From Camelus dromedarius (Eukaryota), in NCBI RefSeq assembly GCF_036321535.1, contig NC_087437.1:74898001-74962000 (forward strand): DNA of 64,000 bases, given 5' to 3'. Each line of letters starts with the position of its first letter. Within the stretch, counting starts at the first letter, position 1. Positions 40,236 to 53,830 of this stretch are shown piece after piece. The position numbers were made by a program, and so were the translations under genes. A model generated the notes under the pieces. That model was not told where the DNA came from, did no database searches, and saw only the letters and a program-made list of their open reading frames with translations.

Positions 40236-41514
40236 TCTTCTTCATCATTTCTTGAGGAGCTGATGCCACACTGCCTGACAGAATGCCGCTGTAGTTTACT
40301 AAACAAACCAGGATAGTACCAGCAGTTACGGGGCATCAGAACAACGTGGCTTCAGGGCACAGTGTGGTGTGGGGAGACTAGGATAGTTCCTGCTCCTGGC
40401 TTCGTAAGTCACCCTCTTTTGCCCTGGAGGTTGAGACCAGGAAATATCATCCATTGTTGTCCGTTCCTGGTTTTACAGAAGTGACCAAATATTAGGAAGG
40501 CCAATAGGAATTCAAGTCCAGAGGGAACTCATCCTTCCTCCAAGAAGGACAGAAGTAGCTTTGACGGTGGCAAGTGGTCTTGCCACATTACATCCCTCTC
40601 TGCATGTCAGTCAGTCCTTCCTGTTCACATCCGCAGAGATGGAGAGAGAAGTGGAGGTTCAGGTGTGTTACCTGAAATGGCTTTCACTGGAGAGAAGACT
40701 AATTTGGGTTTTGCTGCAAATGTACCTATTTGATCTCTGCCCTGCAATCATTCCTTAAGCACCTGAACTGTACATACAGCCAGTTTTCGACCAGCATGCA
40801 TGCTACTCAGGAACAGTCAGAGGTTGCCTTGCACCCTGGATGCACCTCAGGGTCTATTTCCTGACTCTGCTCGGAGTCAGGGACAAGTGTTTGGCTTCCT
40901 TCCAGAGCAGGCTCCTCCCTGGTTCCCTCTAAAGGAACTCTGTGCCTCTGAGTGTGTACCTCAGAGCGCCAGCACTGCTATGTCCTCCCCCGAGCCTGAT
41001 TCCTGTTTCTCATCCTGTTAGATCTAATCTCACTTCTTACTCAGGACCCACCTTTACATTTTGAATTCAGTTTAAAGAATTGTACTTCATGATTTTTCTA
41101 ATTTTTCACTCAAACCCCATAGCTCATGCCTCTCGAGTTAACCTTTGTCTCCTGATCATATTCTTGGTTTGAATCTGGTGCCTTCTCCTGTCCTAACTCC
41201 TGTAGGCTTGAGCAGAATTTAAACTTAATCTCATTTGAGTTACATTTTCCACCTTGTCCTTTACCAATATGTGGTTTAACCCTCCCACTCCTTCCATCAG
41301 TCTTGCCTGGCCAGGCTCAGCCTCTAACAAAGGGTGTGGTGTCTAATCCAGTCCTAGAGAAATAACCAGTGTTTGTCCATGTCTTTTGCTTTGCAAAAGA
41401 GTCATCCTTCCTCTCTTCCGAGAATCCTCAAGGAAGGTCTTCTAGCCAAGACCACTAGGAATAGCACCTAGCATTTGAAAATAGCTAAGTATTACTTACA
41501 ATACTTCTGAACAA

Positions 41515-41685
41515 TGGCAGATCTAGTGCTTTAAAGTCTGAGGTTTATACATTTTGGGGGATCTCCTTCTAAAAAGAAAATGCAAAATTATAACTATGAA
41601 GTCAGGGACAGGACCATGAAGGGGGCCTGTGTAAGGGCGGAGCCTGAAGCTCACACTTTATTTGCTTCAGGATTTGTCTGCTGCT
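41515..41685 (-). mobile_element. MER53-like hAT DNA element
   Basis: 'tttatacattttggggg..ct...aaaaagaaaatgcaaaatta...gaagggggcctgtgtaag..ggagcctgaagct' resembles the recalled MER53 consensus. Confidence 0.6.
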
Positions 41686-41929
41686 TAGTTCTGAATACAC
41701 CATTTGATCACCACAGACTTTTTCATAGTAAGTGACAGTTGCATATTTTTCATATGTCCAATTGCTTTTTCCTCTCCAATTTCTTCCCCAAGATTTCCAT
41801 AGTTATATATATTTTGGTGAATTCTAAAACTACCCTGAATGATTACTGTAACTGTACATATTACATACATGGGGGAACTTAAATGAGAAGGATGAATGGA
41901 AGGATTAAATGATAATAGCAGTTAGAATG

Positions 41930-42135
41930 CGCCGTCCTTAGAGATGCCTTGAACGTACTGACTCGTTTAATCCTCATGACCTTCCTGTGATTGCTATGAG
42001 TCCTGTTTTAGAGATGAGGAAGCTGAGGCACAGAGAAGTAAATTGCCAAGGAAGGAGTTAGGAATCTGCAGAACTGTGATTCCAGCCGACACAGGCTCCA
42101 GACCCCTCACTCTGTTACCAAACTATATTGCCTGT
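41930..42135. mobile_element. MIR SINE
   Basis: 'tttaatcctcat...ctgttttagagatgaggaagctgaggcacagagaagtaaattgccaagg'. Confidence 0.8.
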
Positions 42136-43309
42136 CTGACTGAGGTCGCAGAAACACAGTAGGAATAAAGCTAGATCCAGAATATGAGACTGATTCTTAG
42201 TTCAAAGGTATTTGAACTACTTTGATCTCCTGCTTGCATTTTGGATTGATAGCCCTTCAGTGTGGGAGAAACTGAGAAATTAACAGCTAATGGTAGTCAG
42301 ATTTTTTGCTTTTGAAAGAGCTCTGTTTATTAGGCAGATGTAGAGGGCAGTGATTGTTTTAGACAGCAGAACAGAGGTAAGGATGCTTAGGGGCTCCTTA
42401 CAGAAGGTGGGGTGTGGTGGACAGTGCACCGGACTGGTATCAGGATGCCTAACTTCAGGTCTTGGCTCTGTTTATGAGCCGAGTGACCTCAGGCCTGTCA
42501 GTTGTTGCTAGTTCTTGATCCTAGCACTCCTCTAGTACAGTAAAAAGAGGATTAAACTGGGTATTTGCAAAGACCCATCCAGTTTTAGAGCCTGTGAGTA
42601 TTAGTTGCCCATTTTCATTTACAGACTGTTAAGTTTTAAGTATCCATATATATTAATTTTATTCTGAACGCAAACATGAGGTTTCTGGAGCAGAGCAGAT
42701 CATTATTTAATTATAGAAAATAATTGTGCTGATTCCCTTTTGCCCTCATTTGTACCCCTGGGGCAACAGATGAGGCAGAGCTTATGCTACCCTTCATACA
42801 CTGGAGTTTGTACTATGGCAAGGAACTCTGAAAAAAATGAATCTGGAAGTTTAAATAGGAGAGGGACAGCCATCTCCCTAATCCCACCCCACCACCCAAC
42901 AGATACACATACTTGTTTGCTCTTTGAGAAGTATCCTGGGTTCTTACTCCTGCTGTTTGGAATAGAAATAAATCTCTTGGGAGTAAGATAAGATTAGCTT
43001 CTCCAGCTTTACAACCCAGGCAATATCCCCATGGTCCTAGATCTCCTTCCTTAAAATGTAAACACATACCTCCAGGGAAGTAAATCTCTTCAGATGCTCT
43101 CTAATAATTAGTCATAAATTCAAGATTTGTTCTTCTAGGCTGTCTCAAGTTTTGGCAAAATTTGATCAGAAAGCCTTAATGGTGCAGAAACATGAAAATA
43201 TTTTCTCTACAGTGCCACAAAGCATGGATGCAAAATTAGAAAGGAGACTCCCCTGTCTTTTTGTGCTGTATGTCGATGGTGATAGGATTGTCTGTGTAAA
43301 AACATCTCA

Positions 43310-43425
43310 TGTTTGTAAAAATGCAGATTTCTGAGATCTACAGCAGACTGAACAAGAATCTCTGGGATGGAAGCCTTGGAATCTGCATTTGTGCCTAGCT
43401 CCCCAGTGATTCTTATGCACCTCTG
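43310..43425. mobile_element. MER5A-like fragment
   Basis: 'aaaatgcagatttct...gaatctctggg...ggaatctgcattt...ctccccagtgattcttatgcac'. Confidence 0.7.
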
Positions 43426-44999
43426 ACATTCTCTTCTTTATTCCTGGGATAAGGATCCTTCAGTTTTCCTGCTGCCAGAGATACTTCATCTTATACAGCT
43501 TTTGCTGATTGAGTCTGATTTTCAGGACTCTCCAAACATGTGAAGAAATGTAACAGTCTGCTGGGAGAGTTTGTGAGTGTCATATAAATATAAATACTGA
43601 TATTAGCAAGCTTTCTAGGGTGATGACAATTCTTTGAAATCTGAAAAGGTGATGGTGGTGATAAAAAGAATGCTCTCTCTAGTAAACAACTACGAATTAA
43701 CTGGGACAGAAGTTGAAATGGATTAGCTTTGTTACATGAATTTCTGTTTTACAAAAAATGCAATCAAAGATGTACCATCATTATTGATGTTTTTCTATTG
43801 AAAATGTAGCTGAAACACTTTTGCCATGTTTTTCTATGATGCCTGAAGTTCTTTTGTAGAAACACAACTCTGAAATGAATATAAGAAGAGGAAAATTTAT
43901 GGAATTAAAAAATATTTTTATTTACTCACAACTCTAGTGACATGATTAATAGTTCAGGTCAAAACTCATTACAATAAAACTTTACAGCAAAAAGTAATTA
44001 CCATTAAGCTAGCACCAAAAATGATGCAAACCCAGTTGATTTAAGTGGATCATACATTGTCACTAGATTCATTCTATTTTGCTGCACAGAAACAGGACAC
44101 TGGTGTTTAATATAAAGCATCTCAAAGATGTGATGACCTCTGACAGGTATTAGAGAAGTAGTCACATTATTAGTACAGAGTAGACTTGGGACAGTTTTTT
44201 AACAGTGGAAGAAATGAGCAGTAGGCTCTGAGAGCATCTGTTTATCCTGTCCGTCATCAACATTTTATTGAGTACCTATAAAGTTCTAAACTTTGGGATA
44301 GCTACTGCAGATAAAAAATGATTTGAGATTTCACAGTCTGTGGAGAGAGAAACTCATCTTAACTATAAGACAGTGAGGTACATACCATGATAAATGTAGG
44401 TAAAAAGGATGTAGGAGACTTCTGCTATAAATATGGCTATGTAGATATAGCATCTTCCTGTTCTTTTTCAGGGGGTCTTTTAAGAATAACAAGGAAAACA
44501 GGAAACAAAAATGCAAACTCCAGTTTCAGTCAAGCTAAGAAACATATACCAAAATACTGCAGGGCTGTCCAAAGTAGTCAAGATAATGCAGGAACCCCAC
44601 AGGTGGAAAGGAAGAGAAATGAAAGAAAGAGCCCAGCAATAGCACCTCTGAAGAATCAACACAAATACCTTTACTGAAGAAGGGTTCATCTGGAGGTGAA
44701 AAAGCTATAGCCTTTATGTACAGAAGCTGGACAGCAACAGAAACCTTACTGGACCTGCTTTGCTTCACAGAAGTAGAAGGTGTGGAATGCACATGAAAGT
44801 ATTCAAAAGAGCCATATTTGCAGAAGCAGTGGGGTTTTTTGGGGTAAAGATGAGAAGGAAAGAGGTTTTGCTTGTGGGTTAAAAAAAAAAAATAAACTTG
44901 CCTAGACTCATCCTCCACCTATCCTTCCTATAGAAAATTCTGGCAAAGAGCTATTCCTGGAAAACCTAACTTTTATAGTGATGTGTTTAATGAACAAGC

Positions 45000-47190
45000 T
45001 AGTACAGCAGCTAAATAAGGTATCATTTCAAAAAAAAAAAAAGGGAAAAATTCCAGTAAAATATGGGTAAGACACCATGTAAATGTGTAACATATAAATA
45101 TCATAAGCAAAAAGGAAAAAATTTCTTTAAGATATGAATGACAAAAAAGAAGCAACAGCATCCATTTCTGATAAAAACTCTAAGCAAATTAGGAACAGAG
45201 AAAAACTCCCTCCATGTGATAAAGGGCATCTAGAAAAACCTTACAGCGAAAATCGTACTTACTAGTGAAAGACTGAAATCTCTCCCCCCTAAGATGAGGA
45301 ATTAGACAAGGAGGTTTGCTCTCACCATTCCAATTCAGCATTGCTCAGGAGGTTCTAGAAGTACAAGAAAGACATAAAAAGAAATAAAAGCATTCTGATT
45401 GCAAAGGAAGAGGTAAAACAGTTTTTCTTTTTAGATGTGATAGTCTATGTAGAAAATAGGGTGGAATCTATTAAAAAGTTACTGGAATTAGTGAAACGAG
45501 CTTAGCAAGGTTACAGGGTACAAAAATCAGTATATAAAAAATATTTTAATTTAGCATACTAGCAGCAAACAATTGCAATTGAAATAAAAAAAATAATACC
45601 ACTTTCAATAGCATTAGAATATGTGAAATACTTTGGGATAAATTTGACAAAAGATGAGCAAGACCTATACTGAAAAGCAAAATATTGCTAAAAAATAAAG
45701 CAAATAAACAGAGAGATAATCTATGTTCATGAGTTTGAAGACTCAGTATTGGTAATATGTCACTATGTCAGTTCTCTCTGATAGGTCTGTACTTTGATCA
45801 GAATTTGTCAGCTTTATTTTAGGTAGAAATTGCAAAACTTACTACAAAATTCATATAGAATGCAAAGGATTTATAATAGTCAAAATCATTTTGGAAAAAA
45901 CAAAGTTGATGGACTGACTTCACCTTATTTCAATACTTATTATAAATCTGTAGAAATAAATACAATCTAGTATTGGTATTAAAAGGGATAAATAGAGCCA
46001 TGGAATAGAATGAGTCCAGAAATAGACTCATATGTATGTAGTCAGTTGTTTTTCAACAAAAGGACCAATACATTTCAATGGAAGAAAGAATCTTTTCAAC
46101 AAATGATACCAAAACATTTGGATAGACATGTGTCCTCAAAATGATGAACCTTGACTCTTACCTCAAACCATATAAAAATTATCTTGAAATGGATCATTGG
46201 TCTAAATGTAAAAGCTAAAACTACAAACCTTCTAGAAGAAAATATAGGAAGAAATTTTCATGGCCTAGAGTTGGCAAAGATTTCTTCAATATGGTTCAAA
46301 ATGCATGAGTTATAAAAGAAAATTTACAAATTGGACCTCATCAAAATGATAAAGCTTTTGCTCTTGAGAGGACACATTTAAGAAATTGAAAAATCAAGCC
46401 ACAGACTGGGAGAAAAGATCTGTAAAACCATGTCTGATACTGGACCATTATCTAGAACATATAAAGAACTTTAAAAACTCAATAATAAGATAAACAACAC
46501 AATTTAAAAAAATAGGCAATTGTAAGACTCTAAATGGAGGACCTAGCTGAGTCATAATGTACTTGAACTTCTGACCTATAGAACTATGGCCCCTGGGTTC
46601 TGATAATATCAGTTCTTCCTATTGTCCCTCCAACCTGAGGCTTCTAAGAGCTTCCTGCTTTTGATAACATTTCTTATAGTCTTCTCAGCCTCTTCAGTCT
46701 CCTCTGTTACCAATCACTATGGTAAATTCCCTCTGTTTAAAAAAAAATGGGCCAAACATTTGAATAGACATTTCTCCAAGGGAGATATATAGTCATCAAA
46801 ATAAACACATGAAGGTAAGCATATGTCTACACAGCAACTTGTATACTCATAGTAGTTTTGTAGCCAAACACTGGAAACCACCCAAGTGACCATCAATAGG
46901 TGAAAGGACAAATTGTGGTATGTCCATTCAGTGCAATACTACTCAGCAATAAAAAGGAATGCACTATTGATCCACAAAGCAATATAGATTAATTTCAAAA
47001 TAATTCTTCCTAGTGAAAGAAGTCAGACCAAAAAAGATTTATAATTCCACTTAAGATAAAATTTAGAACATGCAGATTATACTGAGAGAAAGCAGAACAG
47101 TGGTTGCCCATGGTTGGGGTGGAAATTGGAAGAGTTATAGGGAAGGGTTGGAGGGAGGGAGCTCAGGGAAACTTTGAGGCATGTAACTAT
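45000..47190 (+). mobile_element. Old sense-oriented L1 (ORF2 RT to 3' UTR; L1MB/MC-like), degenerate
   Basis: 'catccatttctgataaaaactc', 'atggaatagaat..gagtccagaaatagac', 'cttctagaagaaaatatagga' and 'aatactactcagcaataaaaaggaat'. Confidence 0.88.
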
Positions 47191-47192
47191 CA

Positions 47193-47410
47193 CTAACACT
47201 GTATGATAATGTATAAAAGTAAGTGAGTAGATCCTAAGAGTTCTCATTACAAGGAAAAACATTTTTTCTTTCTTTTACTTGAATCTATATGAGATGAGGG
47301 ATGATAACTAAACTTATTATGGTAATATCACAATATGTGTAAGCCAAGCCATTATACTGTATATCTTAAACTTAGTGATGTAGGTTAGTTATATCTCAAT
47401 AAAACTGGAG
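47193..47410 (+). mobile_element. Short L1 3' UTR end of a different (younger) type
   Basis: 'gagtagatcctaagagttctcattacaaggaaaa...ttatatctcaataaaactgga'. Confidence 0.75.
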
Positions 47411-48211
47411 AGGGGAAGAATACAATGCAGCTGTAAAAGGGACTAAAGAAGCATTTTAAGTATTAATGGAGAAGGATGTCTAGGATATATACTTCAATGG
47501 AGAAGAAAGTAATAGACTGTGTGTATAATATACTACCATTTTTCCCTTCCTCAAGAAAGTTGGAAAAACTTATTTATATATGCTTGTATATGATATATAA
47601 ACAAATCTCCGGAAAGTTAAACAAGAAAGTAGTAGCAGTGGTTACCTATTAGTGGAAGGTGAACTGAATGAATAGAGAATGGAGTAGTAAAGAGACTTAA
47701 AAAATATACTTTAAAAAATGTATATTGTTCATGTGAATCTACATATATAGATATATCTAAACATCTAAAAAGATGTAATGCCAGGAGGAACATAGAAGAT
47801 AAAGCAATTAATTTTCCCTTGGGGAACTGGAAAAGGCATTCATAGTGGATAATATTTGAACTGAGACTGGAAGGATAAGGGAAATTTGACAACTGGAGAA
47901 GATGAGAAATGTCACTCCAGGTGCAGGAAATGGGTGATACAAAAGGCATGGGAACATGAACCTGAACCCGAGGAAGAGTCAGTGTGATTGGGCATCTAGT
48001 GTATGAGGGCAACAAGGGATGTCAGACAGATGGAAAGATGGTTCAGAAGAATGTTCAGAAGAAGGTTTAGAGAGTTTAGGTGCAGCCATTTGAGAGCTGC
48101 TTGTATGTCATGCTAGGTGCTGTTTGGCTACGTTTAATAAACTTGAATTGAACGTTGGTTGTGTGCTGCATCACGTGGTAGGTGCTACACACAGAAAACT
48201 ATCTTCTAAGC

Positions 48212-48392
48212 TAGTCCTTCTCAATCCTGACTGCATATTAAAATCACCTGGAGAGCTTTAAAAACTACTGATGCCAGGTCCACATCCCCACATAATTAAA
48301 TTAGAATTTCAGGGTGTAGACTTGGCATCAAGAGTTTTTCTTAAAGGCTTACTGGGTGATTCTAATCACATGCATCCAATTTTGAGAATGCC
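48212..48392. mobile_element. MER5B-like MITE
   Basis: 'ttctcaatcctgactgcatattaaaatcacctggagagctttaaaaactactgatgcc...ggtgattctaat...ttgagaa'. Confidence 0.8.
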
Positions 48393-49713
48393 CCCTCCCC
48401 TCTCTCTTTTGCCCCTCTTCTTCTCTCTTGTCTTCCTTATTTTAATGCAGGGAGTAACATTATGTAGAAAGTGATCATGACACAGATATATAGAGAAGTC
48501 TCTGAACTAGAAGCAAGAAAGTGAGGTTATAGAAAATAGTTTAAGCAAAAGATGATAAAGTCATTGAAACAGGATGGTGACTTGAGGCTAGTGCAGACCT
48601 GTGGGAAAATCCACAAGCTTTGGTCACTGATAGGGTGAGGGGACTGAGAGTGATTGTTGGCCAAGGACAGCCTAGCTTGGATGTCCAGGTGTTTGGTGGT
48701 GTTACTCGTCAAAAGAGGGACTGCAAGAGGAAGTACAGGTTGGGGATGGGCACAGGTACAGAGGTGAAATAATTCAGTTTCGGAAGGGTTGCCTTAAGGG
48801 TACCTACAGTTTATAAGATGCCACCAATGGGTATTTATTTGGATCTCAGGACGGAGGAAAAGGCACCATTTCAACATCTCTGGAGTCCATCCACACTGGA
48901 AAATTTTTCAGCAGATCCAACCCTGAATCAGAGTCAGGACTCCAGTTTGGGGATTAGGGTACTTGCAAGAGTGAGGTAAATTTTCTGTCCTAAAGAATCT
49001 GGACACTGAGCTGGATACCGTGATGGTGTCTGTGGCACAGTAAAAGAAAGTAGGTGCACCAAAAAGGAGGTGCAAGTGGACCCCTAAGAAGGGTCTCATT
49101 CCAAGGGGAGTGATCCTGGATCTGGGGTGCAGGGCCCACATTACTCTTTATTTTCTCTTTGAATATTTCATTAACATCTCATCACTTAGTGTAACAATTA
49201 TCACATCAAAATATTATCTTAAAGGCACTTCTTTTTTTGGGAAAAGCAAATACTTTCTCTCTCTAGCTATGCCTTTGAGTAGAGGGCAGGAGCTGGATGT
49301 TGAGGGTAAGACAGCATCTCAGTTGTTAGGGACACAGATAAGGCCAGTCTACCCTCAAAAGTCTCCTGAAGCTCAGACCCAGAGCTCTGAACTATACAGA
49401 GCTGTTGTTAAAGGTTAAGATTTATTCCAGATACTGGGACCTGCAAATAAAGAAAAAGGTTCTCCAGAGAGGGGAAACAAGGGCTGTGGAGACAGTGTTT
49501 GGTACAGTGACACCTTTATATTGCTCGTAGGGCATTTGATCTGTAATGCTTCATTGGATTCTCTTGTACTGCCACTACTAATTATACATCAGAGACGCCT
49601 TAATAATGAATGCGATCTTGGCACTTTAAGAAATGAAGAATACTGAATTATTATACTATGCCAGTCAAGAGTTATTTTTACTTACGTTTGTCTAATGATT
49701 TTTTCCACGATAG

Positions 49714-49779
49714 CCTCAGTTTATACCAACAAGTAGGATCACTGAGTTCACTACCACCTGCCAAACTTCAGCACCTAAG
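49714..49779 (+). CDS. MORC1: MORC1 coding exon I (66 nt; PQFIPTSRITEFTTTCQTSAPK)
   Basis: tag acceptor and AAG|gtgagt donor. Symmetric phase 0-0. Resembles human PQFIPVDEITVTSTCLTSAHK. Confidence 0.88.
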
Positions 49780-50731
49780 GTGAGTAATTCAAGTGGGATT
49801 GAACCATTTGTGACATTTCCCATGTGAAGGAGAAGACTTATCAAGGGCCGAATGTTATCATGGTTTAAAGTGAAGCACTGATAGGTATTTTTTCACTGTC
49901 ATTATTTTTTTTCTTGCTAAAGTAATACATGTTTATTAGGGGAAACTTAGAAAGTAAATTATAAATAAGAAAATTTAAATTACCTATTGTCTTATTGACT
50001 GGAGATGACCATTTAAAATATAATTATTTTAATGTATTTTTCCAATACATTCTTTTCAATATAGTTCAAGATATAGAAAAAATGTGTATTTATGTATTAC
50101 AGAAAATTATATATATAAAATCAGAGAGAGAAAGGATGTGCATCTGTGTGAGTCTGTGGATATATATTTGCCTAGAAATATGTTGTATATGTAATTCCTA
50201 CATTGTTTTTGTGTTTGCCAAATGTCACATTACAGTATATTCCTCAAATGTCTGTTACTATCTAAAATTTAATTTTTTTGAAACTTTAGAGTTAGACTAA
50301 TCACACACCAAAAAAATTATGGAAAACTCTTTACAGTTTTAGTTATTCACATTTCTTAAGAGGCAAATGATGGCCAAACTTTAGATGAATAGATTATTGA
50401 TATATATGCACCAAGGCTCCAAAAGCAAGAAAATCTCTGTTGGAGCAGGAGAGTCAGGAAGCACAGTGTATTTTACTCAGTTTGGGGTCTTTTGCATCCA
50501 TCCTCAAAATCAGAAGGTTTCTTGACTCTCAGCCTAGCTTTGCCAAATCAAATTCTAAACAAGCCATTATAGCAGTATACGTTTGCCAAAGTCTATTTTC
50601 TAAGCTTCTGATTTTTAAAAATTTTATTAGTAATAAATATCACCTAATGTCATAAGATTATAAAGGAAATGGTAATTAATTATAAATAAGCCAGCTACCC
50701 AAAATAAAAGACCCGTTCTTTGTTATTTAAG

Positions 50732-50977
50732 GGAAATAAGAAAACTCAGAGAATCAGGCCTTCTGGTGATGACTTGAAGCATGAGTCTCTTTCATCCTTT
50801 GAGCTTTCAGTCAGCAGTGGAGGCTGGAAAAATAGCACAGAGGAGTCGGACTCCAGTGTAGAATGTATTTCAGAGACTAAAATCATGATGAAGTCTATGC
50901 AGAAGAGAGTGAAGCCTCAACAGCAGAGACATGCAGCAACCCTGCTGGAAAATGTCAGCCTAGCTGAGAGATCCCAG
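50732..50977 (+). CDS. MORC1: MORC1 coding exon J (246 nt; GNKKTQRIRPSGDDLKHESLSSFELS...ENVSLAERSQ)
   Basis: ttaag acceptor and CAG|gtggtt donor. Lies within ORF-track 50720..51016. GDDLKHESLSSFELS is identical to the recalled human sequence. Phase 0-0. Confidence 0.94.
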
Positions 50978-51160
50978 GTGGTTGTTTTTTTTTTTCCTTA
51001 TTTGCAAAATTTGTAGTAATTCACTTTTCTGGAAGTAGCATTTAGTAAAGGTTTTGCTCCATTTTCCCATTTTCAAAGCACTCTGATTATAGCGTACACA
51101 TTGTAATCTTACAAGGTCCCAATTTCTGTATTTTTTTTTCTATATTCTCTCTTTTGGAGG

Positions 51161-51211
51161 AAAAGTCAGATTGCTAGTATCAGCATTGAAGGGTTCCTCA
51201 GAAACACCTGG
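51161..51211 (+). pseudogene. MORC1: Degenerate MORC1 exon remnant (KSQIASISIEGFLRNTW) with both splice sites lost
   Basis: Follows a polypyrimidine tract and aligns to recalled human RSQIANITT[VWRAQPT]EGCLKNAQ. It is flanked by GG where AG is expected and AT where GT is expected. Confidence 0.72.
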
Positions 51212-51939
51212 ATGGGAAAAGAATATTAATCTATACTTAAGAGAGGAATATTCATATAGGATAAATACGTAACCTTGAGGATTTTGCTTTATAGCAAAAA
51301 TGCTTAGTCAAATTCTACATAGGTAGTTATCTCTGTAGTCAAAGTTCTTGAAAAATGAGATGTAATGTTGATATATAACTAAGTGCTGAGCTTAATTTTA
51401 ACAAATGTGCCGTCCTAGGATTTCCATGTATCCAAATGAGTTTGTTTGTTTTTCTTTTTTAAGAATCACTACAGATTAATTCTTACAATGTTACCTTTAT
51501 TTAATTCCTCTTTGAGAATCTGCTCTTGATTCAGTATATAATGATTACAATACCTAATTGAGTGGGCGTTTCCCCTGTGCCAGATTCAGTGTTAAATGAT
51601 TACAGATATTATCTCACTGCCATTTTATATCCTTTATAAGCCAAAATTTATTGCCTAGTTTATCTGCCTTGTTTGTCAAATTTGACTTCTGACGTCTTTT
51701 TGCTGTTTCCAGAAATTAAATTCACCCTTAAAGGGGGAATATGGGACACCATGGGAAATATTCAAATGAGTTGCCATAGGCTCTGAAAGCAATAAAATAA
51801 GTTTAGCAAGTATTCGCTGAACTTCTGCTCTGCATAAGACACTGTGTTAAGCGTGGTGCGAGACAAGATTTTAGACATGGTTCTTTCAGAAGGAATTATT
51901 CTGAATAATAGTTCCATTACAGAAATATCTCACACATTC

Positions 51940-52155
51940 CTTTGTAGTATCTTTGGAAAATAGTGCATAGATTCTTGAAAATTTTTAGTGATGGGGACTC
52001 ATTACCTCCTAAGGCAGCCTTTTCTATTTCATTTTTGGGTAACTCATTTTCTTAAAATATTTGAAATCCAGTTCCCTATAATTTTGAAGTTTTGGCCCTA
52101 AGTCTTTTCTTGAGACTGTAGAAGCCAAGCTGAATCTGTCTATAATCTTCAGAAT
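51940..52155 (-). mobile_element. L3/CR1 3' fragment
   Basis: 'cttgaaaatttttagtgatggggactcattacctcctaaggcagcc'. Confidence 0.6.
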
Positions 52156-52462
52156 TTTACTTTGAGTTGTATATCATGTTTGAATGTACAAATTCCCTGT
52201 TAGGCAGACATTTATTCAACTTTTACTGTGTCTAAAAACTAGTATGCTTATAATATAAAAAGTAGTTGTTGTAGTTTTATAGTTATATCTCCTTTAACCT
52301 TTATTTCCATTCATTAACTATGCAATTCAAAATTTGAGATTTGTAGGCTTATTTTATAGGTAGGTTGCATGCTCCAGAAACATACAAGTGATTGAAAAGT
52401 TGAAGTGAGCCCCAGGTGTTAGAATAACATATTTTAGACTTTAAACATGGAGATGTACTTAG

Positions 52463-52478
52463 TGTGTGTATGTGTGTG

Positions 52479-52513
<35 letters not shown>

Positions 52514-52514
52514 A
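52463..52514. repeat. Interrupted (GT)n microsatellite
   Basis: Read directly. Confidence 0.97.
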
Positions 52515-52524
52515 TAATGTGACA

Positions 52525-53830
52525 TTCAGTATGCCAGCCAGCTACAGGGGATTTAACTGTGAACAAAACCACATATGGTCCCATCCCCCATTGAACTTAC
52601 AGTCTAGCGATGGAGACAGATAATCCAACGATCATACAGACAAATGTGAACTGCTACTGTGGCAGTTTTTATGACATAATAGCATGAATACTTATAATAA
52701 GGGATTTGACTCTGGGAGGATAGGTAAGTCTTCCCTGAAAAAGTGATGACAGAACTTTTAGGATTGAATTTCAATTAAATGGATAAAAGGAGGAAGAGCA
52801 TTTCCAAGCAATGCAAACATCATTTGCTAACAAGGATACATGAAACACAAAGTACCTTAAGAAGACAAGTAAGCTATGATGGGGCAGAGAGCTGGAAAGG
52901 GACTGTGATGTGAGATGAGCAGGGAGTGACCAGAACCTTGCAGGCATATAGGCTTTGAGAAGGGATTTTGTATTTATCCTGAAAGCAGCAGGACACCACT
53001 GCAGGGTTTTAAGTAGGGAAGTGACATGTCTAGATTTTCCTTTGGAAAATATTGCTTTGGTTGAGTATGGAAGATGGACTAGAGAGCAGCATGAATGTGG
53101 GCAGAGCGATTAAAAGGCTCTTGCAGCGGCCTTGTGGGGAAATAATGGTGGTGTGGGCGAGGGTGCTCGTTTAGGGTGGAGAGAAGAGGATATGTTTGTT
53201 CCTTGTGTTTACCTTGAGAAGGGAACACTGGTTTGGGGATACATTGGGTGTGGAAGGTGAAGCAGAGGGAAGTGGCAAGAATGACTACAGGATTTCTGAC
53301 TCTTGCTCCTAGGTGGATGGTTATTCCATTCATTGAATTAGGGAATCCTAGAAGGTGACTGGGCTTGTGGGCAGGACCATGAGTTCAGCTTCCTCAGTCT
53401 GAGACTTTCAGGAGAACATGTCAACTAAGGAGGAAGGGAAAGAAGGAAAGTACTAGACAGAAACTTGATGGATTTCAGCATTTATAGCTAGCTGTTGAAG
53501 GGTAAGTATGTACAAGTGATTGTGAAGGAATGTCCAGAGTAGGAAGAAGAAAGGACAGGAATTTGTCTTATCACTAAAGCAAGAGGGAAAGAAGGCAATT
53601 CAGAGTGAGATGGTCAGAGAGCCTGAATTCTGTTGAGGGGCTAACTCAGCAGGCTAAAGTTCTATAAACACTCCATTGACTTAATAACTTAGCGGCAATA
53701 GAAGATCACAGGAAGAATTTTATTATTGTTATTGGACTGGAGAGAATAGAAACCAGATTGGAAGTTGATTAGCAAGTGGAAGGTAAAGAAATGGAAAAGG
53801 TTGTACATTAGCTCTTAGGAAGATAAGTTT
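52525..53830 (-). mobile_element. L2 LINE fragment
   Basis: 'gaacttacagtctag..ggagacaga', 'gggttttaagtagggaagtgacatg' and 'ggtggatggttattccattcattga'. Confidence 0.75.

Noticed and set aside
42335..42355. Second CTCF-like motif (tgtagagggcagt)
   Set aside because: It lacks the conserved CC at the 5' end of the core.
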